From Lingula anatina (lineage: Eukaryota > Animalia > Brachiopoda): a stretch of DNA of 64,000 bases. The notes below the pieces were generated by a model. The model made no database searches, was not told the DNA's origin, and saw only the letters and a program-made list of their open reading frames with translations. A program made the position numbers and the translations under genes. Location of the stretch: contig CM120640.1 of the NCBI GenBank assembly GCA_051362555.1, positions 4,650,001-4,714,000 of the forward strand, given 5' to 3'. How positions within the stretch are numbered: the first letter of the stretch is position 1; each line of letters opens with the position of its first letter. Below, piece after piece: positions 1-10,475 of the stretch.

Positions 1-391
1 ATAACCATAATGAAATGCTTGTTAAAGAAATGACTAGACGGGAAATGGTTTTACACAGCTTCACGAGGATTTAGACCCCTCGGGTAAGAGATTTGAATGA
101 GTATAAACTTTTATCAGAAGCCAGATAGAGAAGTCATCTTACAGGTAGACAATGCAGCTCAGTTTGACCGCTAAGCACGCTCTGTTCTCCAGTGGCTCGA
201 TTGTCGTCATTGGACCACGTGACCACGTAGCTCATTAACTCCCAGGCCGAGCAAATAGGACGTTTTTTAAAGCCAAAAATTTACAAAATGAGCTTTTAAT
301 TTGTGTATTTGGATTAAGATATCGTTAGTTGGGCATGTTTTCTGAAGAATATGTTCCGTTCAGGCCATTCTGACGGCATGAAGCAAACCCT
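1..391. mobile_element. Probable terminal part of a TTAA-targeting (Kolobok/piggyBac-like) non-autonomous DNA transposon in an RPS7 intron
   Basis: CpG-richer stretch ending ...GCATGAAGCAAACCCT|TTAA (TTAA at 392-395), resembling the end of the Kolobok-like element at 13679-14985. The other end is outside the window, so TIR and TSD cannot be verified. Confidence 0.3.
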
Positions 392-555
392 TTAAGTAAG
401 TTTTATTATATCACCTTGCACCTTCTTCTGGGGTGCACCCTGCAGGTATATTTGATCTTACTTGATTTTATGTATAGTTCCAATCTAATCAGCAATATAA
501 AATTTCAACATGCCAGCTGATATATTACTTTTTTTTTTTTTTTACACAACCTTAG

Positions 556-3500
556 GAAATTGATGTCCAGGGCAAGAAGGCGATCATCATCTTTGTACCA
601 GTACCTCAGTTGAGGGCATACCAGAAGATTCAGACTAGATTAGTCAGAGAACTGGAGAAGAAGTTCAGTGGAAAACATGTGGTTTTCATTGCACAGGTAG
701 ATTGGATTCATATTTTACTTTGCTCTAATCAGTGCCTGTAGTAAAAAAGTGCAATATATATAAATATATATCAGCAGTAGATCTGATGTTGTGTAAATAA
801 TAGTGTTTGCAGATATTTTTACTTTCATTTGAAATTGCAAAACTGGTTTTGTTTCCAGGAGGGCCATGTTATCTTGGTGTTGAATTTGAAGAAGTTTTAT
901 ACTGAATATTTGTGATTAATTTTTCTAGAGACGTATTCTGCCAAAACCAACCAGGAAAACCAGGACCAAGAACAAGCAGAAGAGGCCAAGAAGGTAGTTT
1001 ACTTATGCGGTTCAATAACTACATAAGTGTCCAATTATCTGCAGTGTTAAGTGTATATCTACTAAATAATAGTATAATTTTTCTTTTTATGCTTATATGA
1101 GGTTTATAGGGATCGGGTAAAATTTTGCATTGCTCCACTTGGGTTCATACATGGACTGCTGTTCTTTAATTAAAACATGCTAATACTTAGTGCAGAAAAA
1201 AATTAAATTGAGGAGGAAAAACTGTTTTTACATGTAAGATATAAAAGTCTTCAAAATGTACATTATGATATATTTTAAAAAGTGAATATTTTAATTTGCA
1301 GCCGGACTCTGACAGCAGTCCATGATTCAATCCTGGATGACCTGTGTTACCCTGCAGAAATTGTTGGCAAGAGAATCCGTGTAAAATTGGATGGCTCCAG
1401 GCTTATCAAGGTTCATCTGGATAAAAACCAACAGACAAATATTGAACATAAGGTTAGACTTATTGTTAATTGTACCACCAGCGTTAGCGCTGGCGGTACA
1501 CATGGTTTCGGTCTCGTCCGGATCGTTCCGCCGGCTCCGCCGGCTCCGTCGGCTCCGCCGGCTCTGCCGGACGGCTACCGTTACCGCTTCTCCTCCTAGA
1601 CGGTAAGGCCCCCCATACCCATCTCATGGATTTAGGTCACCTATAATCTCAACTCGTTCCACGTAAAATTTGGGCTTTGTCGGTATTGGGGTCTGGGTGT
1701 GGCACTCATTGCAATGCACCCTTGTCCAAAAATGGCAAAATTAAATGCTAATTATCTACCCTACGGAAGGAGTTACGGGAAAAATTTCTACAGACGGCTT
1801 TCCAAAAGTCATATGTGTAGATTTCAAATATACCCTCGGATTTGACCTTTGACCTTTACTTCAAGGTCAAATGGGCCAAAATTTTCAAAAAAATGAAATT
1901 TTTTACGAAAAAAAAATTTTTTGCCCTGTTATTCAGACACCACACAGACTTAACCAATAATATTATTGGAAAGTGTTACCCTTCAGGTCATCTTTCATCT
2001 CCGTGAATTTGGGGTCAATCGGTGCATTTTCACAGGAGTAGCGGCCATAAGATACCGAAACTGAAAACTGTCTCTAATTCGGGAACCGTTAATGCTAGAG
2101 ACCCATTCTTTTTTGCATTTTGTAGAGCATGTAAAGCCCAACACTGGAGGTGGTCTCGGTTTTTTTGTATTCCATACGGTTTTCGAGTTACGCTGTATCA
2201 AAAAGTACATATTGGTGGTGAAAGGAAAATGTACGGAAGCCCACTGGTGCCATATGTAGAAAAAAAAATTATCTCGAAATTTCGAGATACTATTTTGAAA
2301 TTTGAACAAAAAAATTTACCACCAGCGTTAGCGCTGGCGGTACACATGGTTTCGGTCCCGTCCGGTCCGTTCCGCCGGCTCCGCCGCCATGTTACCGTTA
2401 CCGCTTCTCCTCCTAGACGGTAAGGGCCCCCGTACCCATCTCATGGATTTAGGTCACCTATAATCTCAACTCGTTCCACGTAAAATTTGGGCTTTGTCGG
2501 TATTGGGGTCTGGGTGTGGCACTCATTGCAATGCACCCTTGTCTAAAAATGGCAAAATTAAATGCTAATTATCTACCCTACAGAAGGAGTTACGGGAAAA
2601 ATTTCTATAGACGGCTTTCCAAAAGTCATATGTGTAGATTTCAAATATACCCTCGGATTTGACCTTTGACCTTTACTTCAAGGTCAAATGGGTCAAAATT
2701 TTCAAAAAAATGAAATTTTTTACGAAAAAAAATTTTTTTGCCCTGTTATTCAGACGCCACACAGACTTAACCAATAATATTATTGGAAAGTGTTACCCTT
2801 CAGGTCATCTTTCATCTCCGTGAATTTGGGGTCAATCGGTGCATTTTCACAGGAGTAGCGGCCATAAGATACCGAAACTGAAAACTGTCTCTAATTCGGG
2901 AACCGTTAATGCTAGAGACCCATTCTTTTTTGCATTTTGTAGAGCATGTAAAGCCCAACACTGGAGGTGGTCTCGGTTTTTGTAGAAAAAAAAATTATCT
3001 CGAAATTTCGAGATACTATTTTGAAATTTGAACAAAAAAAATTTTTATCTCGAAATTTCGAGATAGCATTTTGAAATTTGAACAAAAAAAAAATTATCTC
3101 GAAATTTCGAGATAGCATTTTGATATTTGAGCAAAAAAATTTATCTCGAAATTTCGAGATAGTATTTTGAAATTTGAACAAAAAAAATGCTATCTCGAAA
3201 TTTCGAGATAATTTTTTTTTTCAACATATGGCACCAGTCGGCTTCCGTAAAAATGTGCAGTACGGTAATGGATAATAAATTTTGAACTCCGGAAAAATAA
3301 AACATAATGCTTGGCAAAGCAGACAACTTGTGGTCAAAAATGACATTATTTTATCAAATTTAAACTTCTGCAACTTCAGAGAACCTCCCATTTCAAGAAC
3401 TTTGACCAAAATGACCTTTTCTTTATTTTAATTAATTTTTTCTGTAGGAAATTTATGGCACATTATGGTAACTCCAAAATTATAACATTTAGTCCCTTAT

Positions 3501-6237
3501 ATCTCCAAAACTGGCAGAGATAGGTCCATAGTTACTATTGAAGTTGAATAGGAAGTCATATACTGGCAATCTTACTGTGACCTTGACATTGACCTTTGAC
3601 CTACTTTTCACCATGAACTGAACTTTGCAAATTTTGCTTCCCTTTTATCTCCAAAACTGGCAGAGATAGGTCCATAGTTACTATTGAAGTTGAATAGGAA
3701 GTCATATACTGGCAATCTTACTGTGACCTTGAAATTGACCTTTGACCTACTTATCACCATGAACTGAACTTTGCAAATTTTGCTTCCCTTTTATCTCCAA
3801 AACTGGCAGAGATAGGTCCATAGTTACTATTGAACTTGAATAGGAAGTCATATACTGGCAATTTTACTGTGACCTTGAAATTGACCTTTGACCTACTTTT
3901 CACCTTGAACTGAACTTTGCAAAATTTGCTTCCCTTTTATCTCCAAAACTGGCAGAGATAGGTCCATAGTTACTATTGAACTTGCATAGGAAGTCATATA
4001 CTGGCAATTTTACTGTGACCTTGAAATTGACCTTTGACCTTCTTTTCACCATGAACTGAACTTTGCAAATTTTGCTTCCCTTTTATCTCCAAAACTGGCA
4101 GAGATAGGTCCATAGTTACTATTGAAGTTGAATAGGAAGTCATATACTGGCAATCTAAATGTGACCTTGAAATTGACCTTTGACCTACTTTTCACCATGA
4201 ACTGAACTTTGCAAATTTTGCTTCCCTTTTATCTCCAAAACTGGCAGAGATAGGTCCATAGTTACTATTGAAGTTGAATAGGAAGTCATATACTGGCAAT
4301 CTTACTGTGACCTTGAAATTGACCTTTGACCTACTTATCACCATGAACTGAACTTTGCAAATTTTGCTTCCCTTTTATCTCCAAAACTGGCAGAGATAGG
4401 TCCATAGTTACTATTGAACTTGAATAGGAAGTCATATACTGGCAATTTTACTGTGACCTTGAAATTGACCTTTGACCTACTTTTCACCTTGAACTGAACT
4501 TTGCAAAATTTGCTTCCCTTTTATCTCCAAAACTGGCAGAGATAGGTCCATAGTTACTATTGAACTTGCATAGGAAGTCATATACTGGCAATTTTACTGT
4601 GACCTTGAAATTGACCTTTGACCTTCTTTTCACCATGAACTGAACTTTGCAAATTTTGCTTCCCTTTTATCTCCAAAACTGGCAGAGATAGGTCCATAGT
4701 TACTATTGAAGTTGAATAGGAAGTCATATACTGGCAATCTAAATGTGACCTTGAAATTGACCTTTGACCTACTTTTCACCATGAACTGAACTTTGCAAAT
4801 TTTGCTTCCCTTTTATCTCCAAAACTGGCAGAGATAGGTCCATAGTTACTATTGAAGTTGAATAGGAAGTCATATACTGGCAATCTTACTGTGACCTTGA
4901 AATTGACCTTTGACCTACTTATCACCATGAACTGAACTTTGCAAATTTTGCTTCCCTTTTATCTCCAAAACTGGCAGAGATAGGTCCATAGTTACTATTG
5001 AACTTGAATAGGAAGTCATATACTGGCAATTTTACTGTGACCTTGAAATTGACCTTTGACCTACTTTTCACCTTGAACTGAACTTTGCAAAATTTGCTTC
5101 CCTTTTATCTCCAAAACTGGCAGAGATAGGTCCATAGTTACTATTGAACTTGCATAGGAAGTCATATACTGGCAATTTTACTGTGACCTTGAAATTGACC
5201 TTTGACCTTCTTTTCACCATGAACTGAACTTTGCAAATTTTGCTTCCCTTTTATCTCCAAAACTGGCAGAGATAGGTCCATAGTTACTATTGAAGTTGAA
5301 TAGGAAGTCATATACTGGCAATCTAAATGTGACCTTGAAATTGACCTTTGACCTACTTTTCACCATGAACTGAACTTTGCAAATTTTGCTTCCCTTTTAT
5401 CTCCAAAACTGGCAGAGATAGGTCCATAGTTACTATTGAAGTTGAATAGGAAGTCATATACTGGCAATCTTACTGTGACCTTGAAATTGACCTTTGACCT
5501 ACTTTTCACCATGAACTGAACTTTGCAAATTTTGCTTCCCTTTTATCTCCAAAACTGGCAGAGATAGGTCCATAGTTACTATTGAAGTTGGATAGGAAGT
5601 CATATACTGGCAATTTACTGTGACCTTGAAATTGACCTTTGACCTACCTTACAATGAACTTAACTTTGATTGCACCATTTTTAGTTATATATATTTTTTG
5701 CATATTTTGAAAATTCTTGTTGATTGCATTTTTACAGCTTGTCAAGCACAAGACTGGTGGCTGCACCCCTTATTTTGTGTATGTGGGGGTCTATACGAAT
5801 GCGCTTGCTCCAGCTGGTGGTACAATATTCGGAGGCGGTATCGCCTCTCTGATCCTCTAGTTTTTTTCATCTTTGCAGTGTATATAGATGCAGCATACTG
5901 TTCAACGAGAAACTGGACTTTGTGACAATTTTTTGACTAAGTTTTGAAACATTTTATGTCAGTTTTTTTTTACAAAGGCTGACATGCTGGAATGTAATTT
6001 TGGGGGGATTTTTAAAATTCTTATTTAGTGTATTTATAGTGGAAGTATTAATAAGTAGATGCTCAATTTAATGCGAAATAAAATCTGTTGGTAAATGTTT
6101 GTGTCCATTAGAATACGATTGTGGATATCCAAGTTTGAGGAATTTTTTTTTCTTTTCAGATGGAAACTTTTACAGCAGTCTACAAGAAACTGACTGGAAA
6201 GGATGTTACCTTTGAATTTCCAGAATACGTACTGTAA
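556..6237 (+). CDS. RPS7: 40S ribosomal protein S7 (eS7), last four coding exons
   Basis: Exons 556-696 ([47 protein letters not shown]), 929-993 ([16 protein letters not shown]), 1302-1452 ([45 protein letters not shown]), 6160-6237 ([25 protein letters not shown]). GT-AG introns with consistent phases; AATAAA at 6279-6284. Confidence 0.97.
1529..1570 (+). repeat. GC-rich 9-mer microsatellite (CCGGCTCCG)n inside the HINE
   Basis: Read directly; a longer version (GGAGCCGGC)n lies at about 35880-35958 in the second copy. Confidence 0.85.
2232..3249. mobile_element. IS3EU-like non-autonomous DNA transposon nested in the HINE (interrupted by a duplicated HINE 5' module)
   Basis: TIRs TACGGAAGCCCACTGGTGCCATATG / CATATGGCACCAGTCGGCTTCCGTA; 6-bp TSD AAAATG (2226-2231 and 3250-3255); repeated 20-bp palindrome TATCTCGAAATTTCGAGATA. 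TAY..RTA termini with a 6-bp TSD are the described IS3EU signature. Confidence 0.7.
3501..5665 (+). repeat. 146-bp tandem satellite, about 15 monomers, including a 584-bp 4-mer higher-order repeat x3
   Basis: ATCTCCAAAACTGGCAGAGATAGG recurs at 3501, 3647, 3793, 3939, 4085, 4231 ... 5545 (step 146); diagnostic variants cycle every four monomers from 3647 to 5398. Confidence 0.95.
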
Positions 6238-7700
6238 ATGAGATAGAAAAAAAATGGAAGTTGAAAAAAAAAGTGTAAAATAAAGACTTATCATTGAAGA
6301 AGAAAAATGCCTTTGTATCAGTGTCTGATGTGCAAATTGTATTCTAGCATTGGTCCTTATGCTCCGAGTGGGCATGTTTACTCAAAGTTTTGTAGGAACA
6401 ACCAACAAATTTTAGTACTCAAACCAAAAAAAGGACCTGTTGAACGTGCACCCTTACTACTTCAGTAACATTTAGTTTTCCAGTCTGTTTGAAATTGTGT
6501 ATTGCATCAAACCTACTAAACAAAGATTGTCAAAATTAAGTGTCAATGGATGAACAAAGCTCTAGAAGTGATGGAATGGGGTTGGTTTACATGGATTGTG
6601 ATGAGGTCACAAGATAATTTTAGACACTAAAATCTTGGTATATTTTCTTTCTGCTTATTATTGAACCATTCTTTTCAGTAAATTACACTGGGTTGTAATT
6701 TGGGGTATATTAACTCTGTTCCTCTACTCCAGTTGGTATTGCAAGATATAACAGAACTTGCCAAAATAATGTATACAAAGGAATGAAAATAGCTTTAAAA
6801 TTAAGTAATAGTTCAAAATGGCACGCAATCACATGAGATGGTTCCAACAGTTAACTAGGTATTTTCTTTGATGTAATGTGGTGTCCCACAAACGCTGATT
6901 TTATAAAGCCCATAATATGATTGAATAGCTTAAGTGCTAATGGCACACATGCTGAAAACTTGAAAAATGGCCAGGCATTTGGATAGATGTTACAAAAACT
7001 GCCATATCAAAAGATTTTGCCCAACAAAATGTCAATTCAAAATGACAGTATTTGAATCAAGTGAACTTTCTGGTCCATGAAAATTTTACTGGTCAGGGGA
7101 ATCCCGACTGGTAAAACCAAGTGTGTTTGATCAGTAACATCATTATTGAGAAAATGAAATCTAACACTGGATCTTGCGTTGAAACATCACAACATTTCCA
7201 CCTCACTGCAAAGTCTTCTTCAGTACCGTAATTTTCTCATTATCTCAGTATAACATAAATGGATAATTCAAAATATTCATTTTCATTGACAAGAAAAGCT
7301 TGGTATTGCAAAAGAGACAATGATGAGGTGACATCTTTGTTTCAAAGAGGATGCAAAAAGTAAAATGTACAAAGAAAAAGACAGGAAAGTTGGATACTTC
7401 AAAAGAAGTATGTAAGCAAGCTGTTTAATCAAGAAAATGACATAGCATTGGTGCCAAAGCACTGAGCAACATGGATTATATGATTACCAATTTAATCATT
7501 TTTGTGAAAATTTTAAGTGGAAATGGATTCCCGAAAGCTTGTATGCGTAATTTGTATAGTTGAATACAAATGGAAATTTTGTAAGTATGAACTGTAAAAA
7601 AAATTCCTTCTGATTCTGACTTTGGCAACTATTATTTCTACCATTGGCTAATGCATGTGGTCAGACAACCATATAAATAGATTCTGCCATAGGACCAATG

Positions 7701-10216
7701 TTATGAGCTGTCTGCTCGACTAGGCAATTCTGAACTGTTATCTTCCAAAATGTCTGCAGCAATTTTATCCTCATCTTTAGTCTGGGTGGGAAAAGCACTA
7801 GCAAACTGTTGTTGTTCCTGTTCCAAGTCATTCTGTGGAAACTCATCGTTTAATAGTCTTTCCTCATCTACAACGGAACTAACAGGTTGTGCTGGTTGTT
7901 GCTGGCGAGCATTCTTTCTTCCAATTCTTTTTCTAGGGTTTTTGATATAATTGACAGGTATGAAACCTTCACTCTTTCCATCAACACTTGCTAAAAGCCA
8001 ACCTCGCATCCTGGGCTGGAGTTCTGTTAACAAAAGAAATAATATTCATAGATGAAAATGTAAACTATTACGTGAGAAAAATTACCTTGTCCTTTCCGAT
8101 ACTATCTAATAAACTGCTAGAAATAGCTCAATAAACAAAAGTTCTTTTTCAATCTCTTTTCAATTTTTGAATTATTGAAAAAAATTACCCTTGGGAGCAA
8201 TGTTAATCCTCTGACCAGCACGGAAAGATAGCTCGTCTTCACTCCTTCCTTGAAAACTGTACTCAGCCTCCGCCTCAAAGTGATCATCCTCACCACTAGC
8301 CCATTCTTGACCTAGAATTAAATAACATATGACAAACCTCACATAAGTAAAAACTGAAATGGATGTATCAAAAGTGATTTTGAAAATTGTCACTATTATC
8401 CAACAGCACATCTGCTAGGAGTACACTAAGTGATGCCACATACACATGTATCCAAAAAAAATTCTACAAATTACTCTGGTCATTTTCACTTGCAAAAAAA
8501 TTTGATACGTCTGTTTTCAGCAAAACATTTCAAATGTAATAAGTATAAATCATTCACAAAGTCTAAGCATTAAAATTACCAAACAACTTTACCCTCATTC
8601 TTTTTAACTGATGAGAGCAGTCTCCAGATAAGCCATGGTCCTCCAAAAATCACAGCAAAAAACAACAAGATTGGCCAGCTAGACTTCTGTTTGTCATCCT
8701 GTGGTAATGAAGCGCCTGCTCTGTTCACTTCAGTCCAAGCATCCTCAGAGCTAACATTTTGTGAAAATCCAAGAAGGCTCCTCAGTTTCCTCCATAGCCA
8801 TAAAAAGGGTCTGATAAAGGCAACAGAAGCAAATATCTGAGCAAAGTGGCTTTTCATTCGTGTAAAATGATCTGCAACACCTATCACAGCTCGGAATGAA
8901 TTGTACACTGCGCAAAACGTGGAGTCCAGCATCATGGCTACTGAACCAAAAGCACTGACAATGTTCTCTATAGACTGGAAAGCTGGTCTTGAACTTTCCT
9001 CAGCCATCCTGGCAAATGTTGATTGCTCTGCACCATAGCCGGTGCCAAATCTTCCATAACCTCCACTCAGTCCACCATAGCCACCGTATAACCCCGTGGA
9101 GCCATAGGGACTATATAGTCCTCCATAACTACTGCCATAGCCACCATACCCTCCGTATCCCATGCCATAGCCCATACCACTGCCACCGTAGCCCAGTGCT
9201 CCATAACGTGGTGTTAACCCAGTATTCTGTGATCTAGGAGGAGGGGCAGGGGGTGTTCTTGGTGTAGCTGTGTCTCCCAATGCTGATGTTGATCTTGAAC
9301 TTGAAAGTGTCCCCCTGTTTGGCGTGGGTCTGGGAACATCATCCCTGAAAAATAAAAGATAAAATCAATTATAAAATGGTGCTATTTTTTATTTTATTTT
9401 ATTTTTGTAACTGGTACGTAATCATCACGTTTATCATGTCTTGGTAAATCTAATAAATTTCAAGATTTACTTAAAGTGACCACGTGCTTTCAATCTGACT
9501 TCTCACACTGTTGGCAGTACATTGCCACTGTCACCACATCCAACCCATGATAAACAATTTTAAAGTGGGCGGATGTTCCAAAGTCCCCCCCCCCCCCCCC
9601 CCCCCTTCGCTCCTCGCAAACAAATTTTCAATGGCAACAATGAAAATTAATAGCTGAAGCTAGTTGACTGGAGTTGCAGTGGATAGCCAGCAGTCCTTTA
9701 TGACAGTGCCCCAAGTCTCAAACCTTACTTTGGTAAACTGTCACCTTGAACCAGGTTGTTAACACTGTACATAGTGCTAGTAGTAGTAGTAGTAGTAGTA
9801 TTGTATGTGTCATTCTGAACCAAAACAAACGTCATGGGTGGGTGTCCCATGAATCTCTCAGTATTAGATTCTGTGCTACAGTTCATCACATTTACATGTA
9901 CCTGCCGGTCTCTGTAGTTTACTAGGCAGCATGAAGACATAACTCTTCGTGCTATTTACTCGCGAGTGGCTGCTGTTTGGTCAACAACAGTTGAACTCGA
10001 AAGTTGAAACCACCCCCGAAACCACGTTCGACCGTTTGTGGATCAATGACAGAAATTACCTATCCACATCAAATATACATTTTCAGAACTATCCACATTC
10101 GTACAAGAAACTCTTGGACAATTATTAGACCCTTTCACAAACCTTGAATTTACTGGAGTGGGTTTGGTGGAAGTAAGTCCATGTCCTCGCTCCCAAGGCT
10201 TTTGCGGTGCCGACAT
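7701..10216 (-). CDS. PEX13: Peroxisomal membrane protein PEX13 (about 423 aa)
   Basis: Exons 10216-10143 (MSAPQKPWE), 9344-8593 (Gly/Tyr-rich region, AEESSRPAFQSIE..MMLDST Peroxin-13 N domain, SWPILLFFAVIFGGPWLIWRL TM), 8311-8189 and 8023-7701 (SH3 domain AEYSFQGRSEDELSFRAGQ..GWLLASVDGKSEGFIPVNY). Phases consistent. Confidence 0.95.
9777..9800. repeat. (TAG)n microsatellite in PEX13 intron 1 (poly-C run nearby at about 9584-9605)
   Basis: Read directly. Confidence 0.85.
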
Positions 10217-10475
10217 GATTCGTGTTCAAAAGCATTTGTTTGACGTCAAGTACAAAGGTTAATGTATTGAAACGAGAAGGGAACTACAGTTTTAAAATGT
10301 TTTCTTTTCAATATGTAACATTTTGACAAAATCAAATTCACATGTATTGTTCTATATCTATGTTTATTTATCTTTAGTCGCTCTTTGTAATTTTCTTAAG
10401 AAACGTCCTTCAAACAGCGAATTAGGCTTTTCTTGATTATTAGTGCATGTGACTATTAAAAAAATCTCTGCAAAA
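10217..10475. promoter_or_regulatory. Putative bidirectional promoter shared by PEX13 and GPLD1
   Basis: Head-to-head start codons about 260 bp apart; perfect CRE palindrome TGACGTCA at 10241-10248. Confidence 0.6.

Larger units (their letters stand above)
1470..5860 (+). mobile_element. Non-autonomous Helentron/HINE (DINE-1/pearl-like) element with internal satellite, in the last RPS7 intron
   Basis: 5' subterminal IR plus hairpin TGTACCACCAGCG-TTAG-CGCTGGCGGTACA (1471-1500), GC-rich 9-mer microsatellite, internal tandem array, 3' subTIR GCTGGTGGTACAAT (5813-5826), 3' stem-loop GAGGCG-GTAT-CGCCTC (5832-5847), CTAG end (5857-5860) into a T-run, no TSD. Second copy at 34098-36016. Confidence 0.85.

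Noticed and set aside
1282-2423. ORFs with PPAPPAP / LRRLRR repeats (also PAEPAE at 35743-36042)
   Set aside because: Read-through from the RPS7 exon or chance frames across the HINE's stop-free 9-mer microsatellite.
2847-3326. Repeated MFKFQN.ISKFRD ORFs
   Set aside because: Translation of the MITE's palindromic tandem repeats; not protein-coding.
3501-5665. CRISPR-like regular array
   Set aside because: Contiguous near-identical monomers with no unique spacers, in a eukaryotic intron with no cas genes.
697-6159. Intronic U17/snR30 or other snoRNAs in RPS7 introns (RPS7 hosts U17 in some vertebrates)
   Set aside because: No AUAUUCCUA/AAACCAU motifs or convincing C/D or H/ACA architecture seen by eye; an Infernal search would be decisive.
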